Part shown: positions 1 through 9,988 of the stretch, in pieces | Numbering within the stretch: position 1 is the stretch's first letter | Layout of the letters: the number at the start of each line of letters is the position of its first letter | NCBI GenBank assembly: GCA_016188245.1 | Contig: JACPIE010000038.1 | Span: 30,939 to 94,938 of the forward strand | Reading direction: 5' to 3' | Source of the DNA: Candidatus Woesearchaeota archaeon | GTDB taxonomy: Archaea; Nanobdellota; Nanobdellia; Woesearchaeales; GW2011-AR4 | Length of the DNA stretch: 64,000 nt | Notes under the pieces: generated by a model | What the model saw: the letters and a program-made list of their open reading frames with translations, nothing else | Database searches by the model: none | What the model was told of the DNA's origin: nothing | Position numbers and translations under genes: made by a program

Positions 1-25
1 TGCAATTTTTTTTCTTATTCCCATT

Positions 26-547
26 TTATGCAATCTGCCCTGCAAGCTCCTCCAAAGCCCCTGAAATCCATCCTTCAATCAGCAAAATAACAAGCAATGT
101 CAGCAGCAAAGCCAGCAAAAATCTTCCAAGCTTGCTGTTTATTCCCTTCAGCAGCCACCAGATTAATGTAAATAATAGGAAATACAAAAACAAGGCAATT
201 AGTGGAACTAAAGACAAAATTGATTTTCCCTGTGCTACAAGCAGCAATGCACTCATTAAGCCTAGCACAACTGCAATTAGCTTTTCCGGCTTGTTTAGCT
301 GCCTGAAAGCATACCTTACCCCTATCATGTAAATGGAAATGAACAGCAATGAAAACACCAAAAAATCAATTACTTTGGTGTAATTCTCATATTCGCCGTT
401 TTCAAGGAAATTGTTGAACTTGCCAAGATTCTCTTTTAGGCCTTCAGATAAAGACTGGGCACTGGCAATATTTGAAAGCAAGAACACTATGGCAATTGCC
501 AAGCCCGCTGTTTTAATCAGTTTCATCTTCAAAACCTCGCGGCGCAT
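26..547 (-). CDS. hypothetical polytopic membrane protein
   Basis: N-terminal hydrophobic signal/TM segment and several hydrophobic helices (LIALFLYFLLFTLIWWLL). The real start is probably the internal MKLIKTAG. No recognisable catalytic motif. Confidence 0.4.
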   Translation of the reverse strand: MRREVLKMKLIKTAGLAIAIVFLLSNIASAQSLSEGLKENLGKFNNFLENGEYENYTKVIDFLVFSLLFISIYMIGVRYAFRQLNKPEKLIAVVLGLMSALLLVAQGKSILSLVPLIALFLYFLLFTLIWWLLKGINSKLGRFLLALLLTLLVILLIEGWISGALEELAGQIA

Positions 548-1047
548 TTTTTTATTATCTGGACAAATTTGTCTTCTCCGAACAAGACAGCCCCGTTTTT
601 CAGCAATTCAAGCACTTCAGGATCTTTTCTTCTGAGCAGCTCAATCAGCTCATCCTCAGTTTTAGCAATAATCTTTAAATCAGAAATCTGCACATCGATA
701 GTTGTTACATTGTCAATTAACAGCAGCAAATCTTTCTTGTAGGCAATGGCGGCATTCGCCTGCTTCAGCTTTCCCATATCAATGCCGTGATTTTCACCAG
801 AATACAGCAAAACAATTGCTGCCAAATGCCCGGCAATCCTGCTTTCAAAATTAATCGAATAGAACAACCCCGTACCGAGCTTTTCTCCAACAACAATGTG
901 GTTTTTTTCAAGTTTTTTAAGAATGTTGAAGACTCCTGCAGGGCTGAACTTTAATCTCTGGGCAATATTCCTTATTGTGAGCTTTTCAGTGAAGTTCCTA
1001 ACAAGAAAATTAAGTACGCTGAACTCGTTGTCTGATAAGGATAGCAT
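529..1047 (-). CDS. winged-HTH transcriptional regulator (MarR/TrmB-like N-terminus) with an uncharacterised C-terminal domain
   Basis: N-terminal 'FSVLNFLV...LTIRNIAQRLKFSPAGVFNILKKLEKNHIV' is a typical wHTH. Divergently arranged with the nucleotidyltransferase gene at 1221. Confidence 0.5.
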   Translation of the reverse strand: MLSLSDNEFSVLNFLVRNFTEKLTIRNIAQRLKFSPAGVFNILKKLEKNHIVVGEKLGTGLFYSINFESRIAGHLAAIVLLYSGENHGIDMGKLKQANAAIAYKKDLLLLIDNVTTIDVQISDLKIIAKTEDELIELLRRKDPEVLELLKNGAVLFGEDKFVQIIKKCAARF

Positions 1048-1220
1048 GTTTATTATTTATAAATGAATATTCTCTTTTTAAATGTTTCGATTTTATATTT
1101 AAGAATGAATAAATTATTTTAATAGATAAATAATTTATTTATTAGAATGAATGTTTGATATTTATAAATAAATTTTAAAACAAAAGTTTTAAATACTATT
1201 GTCTATACTAAGTATATACT

Positions 1221-2042
1221 ATGCAAAAACTGGCAATAAAAGAGCAGATTGTGAAAATTGTAAAGAAATCCGGCAATGGCGGAGCTGTATGGGTCCCAAA
1301 AAATTGGCTGGGGCAGGAAGTCATAGTTACGCTTCCAGACAAGCCGAAGTTAGATTTAAAAGAAAAAATTATACACCTGCTTGAGCCTTATTTGAAAGAC
1401 ACAATTGCGGTTTTTGTTTATGGCTCATATGCAAGGCATGAAGAGACAAAAGAGTCCGATATTGATGTGATGGTTATTACAATGAACAAGCCAATGCCAA
1501 TAAGCATTGACGAGCCAAATTTAGAAATAACCTCTTTTCAACTGGATAAGCTAAAGAAAGCAATTGAAAAATATCCGGTCATGTACTGGCAGATTGTGCA
1601 GGAGGCAGTTCCATTAATAAACTCTTTTGTGCTGGACGAGTTAAAAAATATTGAAATCAGCGAAGAAAAATTTAAAAGCTATATTGGCGAAGCTAAAGAG
1701 CATGCTGAAAGCAATAAAGAGCTTATAGAGCTTGATAAATTAGACGGCAAATTCCTAAAATCTTACTCGGCATTGTATTCTGCAATACTGAGGCTGAAGG
1801 GAATGTTTATCATAAACTGCATATCAAACAATGAAAAATTTTCAAGTAAGGCATTTAAGGAATGGATTCTACAAAACAGATTAACAAACCAAGAATTTGA
1901 GCAATGCTATTCAGCTTACCGTGCAGTCAGAAATGATGAAAATGCTAAAGGTATTAAGATTAAGATTTCTGTTGCAGAAAAATTATTAAATATACTGGTA
2001 ACTGAAACAGATTTGATGGAAACCAAGCTTTATGGCAAATAG
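1221..2042 (+). CDS. nucleotidyltransferase-domain protein (MNT-like) with N-terminal AbrB/SpoVT-like swapped-hairpin domain
   Basis: 'KKSGNGGAVWVPKNWLGQEVIV' resembles the AbrB/MazE fold. 'FVYGSYARHEETKESDIDVMVI' is the GS...DxD minimal nucleotidyltransferase motif. Confidence 0.6.
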   Translation: MQKLAIKEQIVKIVKKSGNGGAVWVPKNWLGQEVIVTLPDKPKLDLKEKIIHLLEPYLKDTIAVFVYGSYARHEETKESDIDVMVITMNKPMPISIDEPNLEITSFQLDKLKKAIEKYPVMYWQIVQEAVPLINSFVLDELKNIEISEEKFKSYIGEAKEHAESNKELIELDKLDGKFLKSYSALYSAILRLKGMFIINCISNNEKFSSKAFKEWILQNRLTNQEFEQCYSAYRAVRNDENAKGIKIKISVAEKLLNILVTETDLMETKLYGK

Positions 2043-2223
2043 AAAAAAGAGGCTGCAAAAAGGAATTAACTCGCTTGACAAGCAGATTAAGCTGCACGAG
2101 GAGAAGCTTAAGAAAGCTGGGGAAGAAGACAATATTGAGCTTATCGGATACTACAAAAAAGAGATAAATGCAAAGAAAAAAGATAAAGAAGAGAAGGAAA
2201 GGTTATTGGGCAAAGGAGGGTGA
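2032..2223 (+). CDS. small lysine-rich coiled-coil protein (uncertain)
   Basis: 63-aa K/E-rich ORF immediately downstream of the MNT gene. No motif recognised. Confidence 0.25.
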   Translation: MANRKKRLQKGINSLDKQIKLHEEKLKKAGEEDNIELIGYYKKEINAKKKDKEEKERLLGKGG

Positions 2224-2242
2224 ATTTTTAATTTTATCAAGA

Positions 2243-4180
2243 TTATCTCCCAACAGATTCTTCCTTTCTACTCTCAAAATGACTTCTTGCAGATATCAAG
2301 TCTGATGCACCCAATAAGTCTGTTGGGAAATTTCCGCCTATCAAGGGCTTTCTCAGTCCAATATCCCATCCAACAGGATTTTTGCCTACTCTGACAGCAT
2401 GATCCCAATATAGCTCTCTTAATAGCCTGTCAGCAATATATTTTGGCAGCCCTCTTGAAGATTTTTTAGGAAATGGGTTTTCAGACCATTTGTTTATGCC
2501 GTCTTTGCCTTCATAATAATACATCCTTCCCCAATGGAAGTCAATGCATTTAGCATTTGAAGCCCTTCTGTCATGGGCAGGATTAAGCTGAGACGGCTTT
2601 CTGATTCCGCTTTCTATTGTATAATCATCTTCATTTAAATTTAATTTCATTTGGTATCTTCTTGTAACTTTTTTTTCATCATGAGGCACAGCCATGAAAT
2701 CGCTTGGCTTTGCAGTGACATAGCTTGACATCTGGTCAAATTTCAAAGTTATTTTTTCTTTTGGGATTACAGTCTCTATATCCCTGCCGTTTTCTGTCTT
2801 CGTCCTGTAAGGCAGAGGCCCGCAAATCTGCTTTAGTTCTCCAGGGGCAAAACTCCTGTCTCCTTCGTAAAAAATGGTTGAGAGCCCTTCGCCTGCAAGA
2901 ATGTAGTCCATCGCAGTCTTTGAATGTGGATGGTAAACTCCCGCCCTTAGATCGTCCCTGACTGCATCAAGCTCATGGAACATATACAATGCTGCCTTAA
3001 GCAAGTCCAGCTTCTTGCAAAAAAACTTTGGAACTTTCCTTATTCCGCCTTTACTCACTCCATTGTTAACTTTGGCATTCCAGATTTCTTTTCCCCAAGG
3101 CTTGCTTTTTATGATTTTTTCCTGCCATTCATTTTGGGCTATTTCAGACCACCACTGGTCTAATAAAACTGTGCCGTCTTCACCAACTTCAAGAGGATAT
3201 CCATTTTCATCCAATCCTGCTTCGACTTCATCATTCCTTTTGAAGCTTTCGTTTTCGTGCCTACAATACTCTTCAAAGGTCCAGGTTGCCTTTCTGAAAA
3301 ATTCGTCAGTATTGTTAGGATCGAATTTTGGGTTTTTAATAACAGGGGCTACTATCCGGTATGTATGCTTAAACCTTACATTTTGCGGGCGCAGCTTTTC
3401 CAATGATGTCCACAAAGAATCAAAATCCCTGCTGCTTTCATCTGCCGGGCTTATCCATTTATTTTGAAAACTCGCTTCTCTTTCACGTATTTGTGCCAAC
3501 GCTCCATTTGCTCCATTAATTTTTTCATCTAATTCATTTATAAGATTCCAAATTGCGCCCAAATCCCCTCTTAAGTCACGCGCTTCTTGATCCCAATCAT
3601 CTTTGCGATTTTGCCAGCTTTTCCGAATTGACGGAACTGTTGCATGCCCAATAACGGAAATTTCTTCAGGAAACGCCCCATCATCATCCAAATAAAAAAC
3701 TTTTTCGCTGCCCAGTGTATATTTTTTGACTGTAATAGCATCATTTTCTTCAATTCCATGCCGAATAGGTTCTTCATTTTCAGAAAAACCAGTTCCTATC
3801 TCAAAGAACCTTTTTTCCAATTGGATTATATCGGGATCTGTCAAGAAAGACATACTTCTATAGCGGGCAACAATAGAGTTTTGGCTTTCCCATATTGATT
3901 CTTTAAAGCTTTGCCAGCATCTTTGCTCAATATCTTTAAGCCTTGCTATCAAATTTTCATTTGCTTCAAATTCCGGGCCCAATTCTTTTCTTATCTCAGT
4001 TTCGGATGGGCCGCCTCTTTCCCCTATTTCCGGCTCTTGCATATACCCAAGCCATCGCCCTTTTTTAGTTCTGGCAAATCTATTTTTAAGTCTTATAAGC
4101 CTGTTTTTGATTTTCCACTCAGGATAGCTGCCCGGCGCTTCCATCCCCAATAAATCTTCTTCATCAGCCATAATATTCAC
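2243..4180 (-). CDS. large hypothetical protein (645 aa), last gene of a five-gene operon
   Basis: Long uninterrupted ORF with no recognisable domain and coiled-coil-like stretches. Tightly spaced with the upstream genes on the same strand. Confidence 0.55.
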   Translation of the reverse strand: MNIMADEEDLLGMEAPGSYPEWKIKNRLIRLKNRFARTKKGRWLGYMQEPEIGERGGPSETEIRKELGPEFEANENLIARLKDIEQRCWQSFKESIWESQNSIVARYRSMSFLTDPDIIQLEKRFFEIGTGFSENEEPIRHGIEENDAITVKKYTLGSEKVFYLDDDGAFPEEISVIGHATVPSIRKSWQNRKDDWDQEARDLRGDLGAIWNLINELDEKINGANGALAQIREREASFQNKWISPADESSRDFDSLWTSLEKLRPQNVRFKHTYRIVAPVIKNPKFDPNNTDEFFRKATWTFEEYCRHENESFKRNDEVEAGLDENGYPLEVGEDGTVLLDQWWSEIAQNEWQEKIIKSKPWGKEIWNAKVNNGVSKGGIRKVPKFFCKKLDLLKAALYMFHELDAVRDDLRAGVYHPHSKTAMDYILAGEGLSTIFYEGDRSFAPGELKQICGPLPYRTKTENGRDIETVIPKEKITLKFDQMSSYVTAKPSDFMAVPHDEKKVTRRYQMKLNLNEDDYTIESGIRKPSQLNPAHDRRASNAKCIDFHWGRMYYYEGKDGINKWSENPFPKKSSRGLPKYIADRLLRELYWDHAVRVGKNPVGWDIGLRKPLIGGNFPTDLLGASDLISARSHFESRKEESVGR

Positions 4181-4198
4181 CTTTTTGCTTCATTATTT

Positions 4199-5920
4199 TT
4201 AAAAATATTCCGGCTCCGAAATGCTTATTCCATTTTTAGTGAAATAGCTTGGAGCAGCTCGTTTCAATATTTCATCAACCACTGCTGCCTGAGCCATCCT
4301 CTCTTTCAAAGCCGCTCCCATACCCTGAATTTCTTTGGCTTGATTCTTTAATTCAAGTACCCCTAAATTCTGAACTTTTCGGATCTTTTTTTCATCTTCT
4401 ATGACTCTCTCATCTGCCTCGAAGGAAAATGGATTTATTGCCCTGCCAATCCTTCTTCTTAGGGTTTCAAGCTTTGCTCTGGTCAAGTATACATAAGCGC
4501 CTATGTACGAATTTATCGCCTTATTTTTATTTTCAACCCACGATGCATTTTCTTCAACAAAATTCAATACAGGCTCGCCATAGTCCAGCAACGCATTTGT
4601 GAACGCTATCTTTTCTGCTCTTGTTTCTTTCCTTAAAAAGCCGAGCTCTGTTAGCAGCAGTGCTTCAAACTCCCTTAAGTTTGCTGACTTTCTTTTTGCG
4701 TCTTTGAAAAGATTTCTTAAAATGGCAGCAAGCTCTCTTAATTTTGCATTGATATCTCCTGCTGTCAACTCTTTCCTTCTTTGACTGAATATTTCGGTTA
4801 ATTCTTCCGATGCAGGCAGTATAATATGGGCATTTTGATATGACGGATGGACTAATCTTTTATATTGTAAGTTTAATTCCGCATACCAAGCTGAAGGTGT
4901 TTCATTAGTATGCAAGGCCTCCATCCTATCCGCAAATTTTGTATTTCCAAATTTTTTCCTGAACAACTCAATGAACCTTTCACCACCCATCAAATTTGGA
5001 TAGAATTCATTACCTTGCCCATCCTTTTCGCTAAATCCTTCCCACCTACCTTTGGGCATAGCATCCTTGACTATAGCTATCCATTTTACAAAAAAATCAA
5101 CCTGTCTTTTGTATGTCAACAGGCTTTTTAAGGCATTGGATTTATTGATTTGCGTCACTAAATTTTGTTTATCCTTGAAATACCTGATTAATCCAAGAAA
5201 ATTCTGCTTTTCAAGCTTACCGCCTTGCAAGTAAACCATAACCCTATTCCAGAAGAACATTATATTGTTGCCTATCCTAAAGTCTTTCCAGCTTTGAAGA
5301 TCACCAATACATCTGTCAATTTCAGCAGCTTCTGCCCCGCTGATTTCAATAACAAGCTTTCTTAGTTTGTCTTTAAGCTTATCATCCTCTTTCAATAGAT
5401 TCACCCAGTTAACCAATTCTGCCCCGTGAGTCTGAAGATATGACTTGGCAAATTCCGGATTTGCGTTCAGGGCAGCCAATAATGCGCCCAGGATTGGAAT
5501 TGCATTTTCTTGCGCAGGGCTGAATTTTCTAAGTGCATTTGCCAATCTTGGGTTGTTTGCTTCAATGCCTGCTTCCTTTTCACTGCCTTTTAAAGCCTTT
5601 AATTTTTCATTTTCAAAACTTGCAGCGTCCTGAAGCAGAAAGTATCTAAGCCGAAGGGCTTTTCCGTAGGAATTCCACCTTTTATTCAGCCTAATCAGCA
5701 ATTCCTGCGATTTTAGCACACTCCAATATTTTTCCCATACAAACCTTCTGTCAGCCAAATATTGAAACAGATTGGATGGGGCTGCTTTTGGCTCCATTTG
5801 CCACATTCTTTCCAGTGCCTGCACATCTGCATCAGCAGAAGCTTCATTTCCTCTTTTTTCGATTTTATTAATTACTGCCATTTTATTTGCTCTTTTCAAT
5901 TGTTGCAGTGCCTTTGGCAA
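4199..5920 (-). CDS. large hypothetical protein (573 aa), operon gene 4
   Basis: Long ORF, soluble and alpha-helical in character, no known motif. Its 5' end overlaps the upstream gene by 38 nt, consistent with translational coupling. Confidence 0.55.
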   Translation of the reverse strand: MPKALQQLKRANKMAVINKIEKRGNEASADADVQALERMWQMEPKAAPSNLFQYLADRRFVWEKYWSVLKSQELLIRLNKRWNSYGKALRLRYFLLQDAASFENEKLKALKGSEKEAGIEANNPRLANALRKFSPAQENAIPILGALLAALNANPEFAKSYLQTHGAELVNWVNLLKEDDKLKDKLRKLVIEISGAEAAEIDRCIGDLQSWKDFRIGNNIMFFWNRVMVYLQGGKLEKQNFLGLIRYFKDKQNLVTQINKSNALKSLLTYKRQVDFFVKWIAIVKDAMPKGRWEGFSEKDGQGNEFYPNLMGGERFIELFRKKFGNTKFADRMEALHTNETPSAWYAELNLQYKRLVHPSYQNAHIILPASEELTEIFSQRRKELTAGDINAKLRELAAILRNLFKDAKRKSANLREFEALLLTELGFLRKETRAEKIAFTNALLDYGEPVLNFVEENASWVENKNKAINSYIGAYVYLTRAKLETLRRRIGRAINPFSFEADERVIEDEKKIRKVQNLGVLELKNQAKEIQGMGAALKERMAQAAVVDEILKRAAPSYFTKNGISISEPEYF

Positions 5921-7535
5921 ATCTTAGCGTATCCCTTAATTGCTCTTCTGAATTGGGCCAGTCTTTTGAGTCGTCAGGGAATCTGGCTAAAATTTCCTGA
6001 ATTATTCTTGCCGACTGCCACTCTCTTGCCCTTATCAGAGCTTCCAAATATGCCTGAATTCCGGATACCGTAACCATCGGATATCTATTGTCAGGCTCTG
6101 CTTTCTTAAACTCATTTATTCCCTTGAACGGAATTCTGCCAGGGTTCGCCAAAGCCCTCCTGTCAAATTTTATTCCGCCAATTCCTGTAAACTTAACCAA
6201 GTCATCATTGAGGTGGACATCTTTTTTTTCTTCAAATGCCTTGATATAGTCTGAAGTTGTCCTGCTCTTTGCAGCCAATTCTCCGAATCTGAAATTTTGC
6301 AGATAAGTTTGCCATACCTTTTCCAATTCAGCCCTCATCATCAAGAAATTCGGAATGAAATGCGACATTGCTTTTGGATTGAGAAGCTTTTGCGGCTTTG
6401 CTCCAGACCTATTCACTTCTGCTTCATTCATCTTGTCAACTTCAACTCCGAATATATCCACTTCTAACCCTTTAGGGGCATCTTGTCCGCCAGTTGCCGC
6501 ATGCAAATCTCTCCTGAATTTTGCACCTAGCTTTGTTATTATGTAATGATGCCTGTAATCCCCTGCAATATTGTACATGTCATACAAATTCAGGACTAAT
6601 GAGTGCACTTCATGGTGAACGCCGAAAGCCTCTACCCTTCCTATGCTTTTTACAGCTCCTTCTTCTCCAAAAAACTGGGCGAAATCTGAATGTGCTTCCT
6701 CAGCCGCAGAATCAATTCTTTTTCTTATTTCATTCAGCTTGCCTGTAATCTCGATTAGAGCCCTTTTCTTTGCTGACTGCAGTTCTTTCTTTTTGCTTTC
6801 TGAATCTGTTTTGCCTATTGCCGCATTGTAATCTTTGACAACAAGAATTGATTCAAACATCAAGTCAGTTGTTTTGTTTATTGTGCTTAAAAGCACTTTG
6901 TCAAAAGATGTCCATCCCGAAATCTCTTTTCCTTCAGAAGTAGTGCCGCCGCTCCTGTAAGCCCTTATATCCTGCCTGAGAGCAGACCTTGTAAATGGTT
7001 GTTTTCCAGTTTCTTCCAAACTTTCGGCAAATCCAAATCTTCCCAAATCCTTATTTAACTGCTGTAATTTTTTTTGTATGTCATTTTTAATTGCATACCA
7101 TTTTGCAATCAGCGTGTCAAGCCTTAGCGCATAGTCCAGCAAAACAAAAGTCAATAATCTGTTTTCCCTGAAAGATTTTGGCTGATAGCCCGCTTCCCAC
7201 TCCCATTTTGTTATGGTTTCTGATTTGCCTTTCCATTTCTGCCATTTGTCCCTAATCCTGTTTCGGACAAATGCGCCCCTGCCTTTTCTTGACTGCCTGT
7301 CAAAATTCCTTGTTTCTTTTGATTTGGCAGCCCTTCCGGCAGCATCAAAGCCAAATCCGCTTAAAGTAGATTGTTTTGCGGAATATATTAATGCAAATAC
7401 GAGTCCTCCGCCTAATACGGCCATAACATATGGACTCATAGTTCCAACTAGGCCGTACGTTGGTATCCCTGTTAATTGAATAGCAAATAAAATACCTAAA
7501 CATCCAATACCCCATATCATGTCGTATATATCCAT
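5883..7535 (-). CDS. membrane-anchored hypothetical protein (550 aa), operon gene 3
   Basis: Two N-terminal TM helices ('GIGCLGILFAIQLTG...', 'VMAVLGGGLVFALIYSA') followed by a large soluble domain. No known motif. Confidence 0.55.
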   Translation of the reverse strand: MDIYDMIWGIGCLGILFAIQLTGIPTYGLVGTMSPYVMAVLGGGLVFALIYSAKQSTLSGFGFDAAGRAAKSKETRNFDRQSRKGRGAFVRNRIRDKWQKWKGKSETITKWEWEAGYQPKSFRENRLLTFVLLDYALRLDTLIAKWYAIKNDIQKKLQQLNKDLGRFGFAESLEETGKQPFTRSALRQDIRAYRSGGTTSEGKEISGWTSFDKVLLSTINKTTDLMFESILVVKDYNAAIGKTDSESKKKELQSAKKRALIEITGKLNEIRKRIDSAAEEAHSDFAQFFGEEGAVKSIGRVEAFGVHHEVHSLVLNLYDMYNIAGDYRHHYIITKLGAKFRRDLHAATGGQDAPKGLEVDIFGVEVDKMNEAEVNRSGAKPQKLLNPKAMSHFIPNFLMMRAELEKVWQTYLQNFRFGELAAKSRTTSDYIKAFEEKKDVHLNDDLVKFTGIGGIKFDRRALANPGRIPFKGINEFKKAEPDNRYPMVTVSGIQAYLEALIRAREWQSARIIQEILARFPDDSKDWPNSEEQLRDTLRFAKGTATIEKSK

Positions 7536-7541
7536 TTTTAC

Positions 7542-8846
7542 TTACGGTCCTCTGCCAAACAATCTTCTAATCAAATTAAGCCCAAGCACGTTACGAAATC
7601 TGTAAATCAGGATAGTTCCAATTATAGCCCCAATCCCTCCAATGTAATCTAACCACGGGCCGCCATATGGAACATTCATCCCCCAATCAGCAAAAGCATT
7701 ATTGATTATACCGCCTGACGCAGTTGAAGCAGGAGCAGTAGCAGTATGCTGCGCTAAAAGTTTGCATATGTCATAATTCAACATTGCCCTAAAACCAGAT
7801 CCAAGTGCACCGGTATAATTCACAATGCCAACTATCCCACCGAACAAGGCAATCACTGCGCCCACTACCCAGTTAGGCGATCTTAAAGCAAGCGAAATGA
7901 TCCAAAGTGTTATTAATGTGCTAACAAATCCACTGCTGAGAATTACATATCCAACCTCACCCAAAACTTTCAATGCCCTGCTTTGTTCAAATACGGCACA
8001 AAAAATCCACTCTACAAGTGTAACTCCAATAATCCAGCCCCACCATCTTCCACCAAAACTTGCTGCAACCTGGCTTCCAATCATTAAGAGTGCAAATGAT
8101 TCCCCTATTCCTATCATAGTGCCAGTTGTAGTGCCCTTGCTTGCAAGTTGTGCGCCGATGATAAACGCCATTACATAAGTCAGCCTTGGACTGCCTTGCC
8201 CTAAAGTTGGAATGAATCCCGCAAAGAACCATGCAAACAATATAGTTGCAGTTATGAAGATGAATAACCTGCTTTCAAATATGTTTACTTTGTCTATTGT
8301 TAATATACCATTAGGTCCACGCAGATACTTCCAAAGATTCTGGATATTATTCTCATTCCATATCCAAGTGCCTGCAGGAAGGCTATAAGCTATCATTCCG
8401 GCTAGAAGCAAAGCACCTAATGCGAGCCCTATCTGTCCTTGGAATGTTGGGGGAGCAACGCCTAAAAAGCCCGCTATGTAAAATATTGCAATGGCAAGTA
8501 TTATGGTGTTTACCAGCAAAGTCAATTTTAAGTATTGCGCAATCCATCCGGCTTCCCACAGATAAGCGCTGCCGGCAGGGGCTGGGCTTAGAATATTATA
8601 TGCTATCAACACAGCCAACCCTAAAGTCACAATCCACACAACAACCTTTACTCTCGTCTCTTGGCTTGTAACTAGGAACAGCGACGCTATAAACAAAACA
8701 CTCCAAATTAGCAAGGTATTGACTATGAAAACAACCCACTGATTTCTAAAAAAGCCAGTTAAGGAGCCATGGAAAAATGCAAATGCAGCTGTGCTGCTTA
8801 ATACAAACACCAATCCAAAAATCCAAAACAATTTGTTGATTTTCAT
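7542..8846 (-). CDS. polytopic integral membrane protein (~11 TM), operon gene 2
   Basis: Hydrophobic helices throughout, Gly-rich C-terminal TM segments. Overlaps the ATPase gene stop by 4 nt. Confidence 0.55.
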   Translation of the reverse strand: MKINKLFWIFGLVFVLSSTAAFAFFHGSLTGFFRNQWVVFIVNTLLIWSVLFIASLFLVTSQETRVKVVVWIVTLGLAVLIAYNILSPAPAGSAYLWEAGWIAQYLKLTLLVNTIILAIAIFYIAGFLGVAPPTFQGQIGLALGALLLAGMIAYSLPAGTWIWNENNIQNLWKYLRGPNGILTIDKVNIFESRLFIFITATILFAWFFAGFIPTLGQGSPRLTYVMAFIIGAQLASKGTTTGTMIGIGESFALLMIGSQVAASFGGRWWGWIIGVTLVEWIFCAVFEQSRALKVLGEVGYVILSSGFVSTLITLWIISLALRSPNWVVGAVIALFGGIVGIVNYTGALGSGFRAMLNYDICKLLAQHTATAPASTASGGIINNAFADWGMNVPYGGPWLDYIGGIGAIIGTILIYRFRNVLGLNLIRRLFGRGP

Positions 8847-9988
8847 AATTCTTTTGCTACCTCATTCAGTATTTTATCATCAGGAACATCGTCAAACTCG
8901 TAGCCATGAGAAGTTAACTTCAGCCAAAGCCTTAGCACATTGTCAGCAAAGTAGAACTTGCTGTCTTTCTTGTAGATTATATCGACTTCCATCAGCCTTT
9001 CAAGAATGCTTTTTGCCACAGGCGCGCTTCTGTAAATGCGCTTTGCAATTTCACTCAGCCTTAATTCTTCATTAGCAACAGCCCGTAAAATTGTTTTAAG
9101 AAGTGTTTGCCCTCTTGCCCTGTTGTAGTAAAAATCAAAGGAATCACTGCAGTAATCATAAATCGAATTGTTTTTTTGCAGTAGCTCAATCAAAAATGCT
9201 TTTTTGACATCTTTAACTTCATTGTATTTTTTGGAAATCAAAATTGTAACCAACGGATGCCCATTGCTTAATGCAAAGATTTCATTGCCTGCCTTTTCAT
9301 TTTTGCCGATAATGCTTTCAATTAATTCAAATGCCTCTTTTTTCTCAAGATTTTTTATTTCAAAGCATTCAAATTTCTTCAATAAATGAAGCGACTGCCT
9401 GACAGAAGAGCTTGCCGCAATATACTTGACAAAAGACGAGTCAAAATTTATTATAGAAAGAATATCCTTAATCTGCGAGAAATTGTTCAAATCAAATAAA
9501 TTCTCGAAATTGTCAAGCGCTATCAGGAATTTTTTATTCGTGTCTTTTCCCAAAGTTTCGCTGAACTTAAATGCAGCTTCAACCAACAGTTTTTGGTCAG
9601 GCTTGATTTTCAGCAGCTCATTTTCAACTGCTTTTATCAAGGAAAAGGCATTTTTGCTTTTCAGCTCATCTTCAAGCTTTAGCAGATGCTCAAGCAAAAG
9701 GAATTTTTTATATTCAGCCAAAGGCTTTTTTAGAAAACTAAAGGCAGCATTGCCGATGAATTCAATTGAGAAATTCTCAGGATTCAGGCTGATTTTTTCC
9801 AAATCAATGTAAACTGTAATGGCATCTTTGGCATTTTTGAGATGATTTTTAAGAATCGATGTTTTGCCTGATTTCCTTGAGCCTAAAAGGGCAATATTTT
9901 TTCCGGCGCCTTTTTTGAAAGAATCTGTATTTTTATCTAACAAATCCAAGTAATGCTCTCTGCCAATCAATCCCTCTTTTCCCATCAT
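8843..9988 (-). CDS. archaeal-family AAA+ ATPase (PF01637-like) with C-terminal winged helix, operon gene 1
   Basis: Walker A 'ALLGSRKSGKTS' and Walker B-like 'FLIALDNFENLF'. The C-terminal 'LRLSEIAKRIYRSAPVAKSILERLMEVDIIYK' is a wHTH, the DUF234-like architecture of the archaeal ATPase family. Confidence 0.65.
   Translation of the reverse strand: MMGKEGLIGREHYLDLLDKNTDSFKKGAGKNIALLGSRKSGKTSILKNHLKNAKDAITVYIDLEKISLNPENFSIEFIGNAAFSFLKKPLAEYKKFLLLEHLLKLEDELKSKNAFSLIKAVENELLKIKPDQKLLVEAAFKFSETLGKDTNKKFLIALDNFENLFDLNNFSQIKDILSIINFDSSFVKYIAASSSVRQSLHLLKKFECFEIKNLEKKEAFELIESIIGKNEKAGNEIFALSNGHPLVTILISKKYNEVKDVKKAFLIELLQKNNSIYDYCSDSFDFYYNRARGQTLLKTILRAVANEELRLSEIAKRIYRSAPVAKSILERLMEVDIIYKKDSKFYFADNVLRLWLKLTSHGYEFDDVPDDKILNEVAKEL

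Noticed and set aside
2725-4153. Numerous 60-150-aa ORFs on the opposite strand inside the long minus-strand genes (e.g. 2725..2961, 3015..3467, 3911..4153, and similar ones throughout the window)
   Set aside because: They lie entirely within longer ORFs that have recognisable domains or a coherent operon context. They are low-complexity or Ser/Leu/Phe-rich shadow frames typical of AT-rich DNA.
2243-4180. Possible HEPN Rx4H motif (RAGVYH) in the 645-aa operon protein
   Set aside because: A single short motif without the surrounding helical context can arise by chance. It is mentioned only as a lead for HMM testing.
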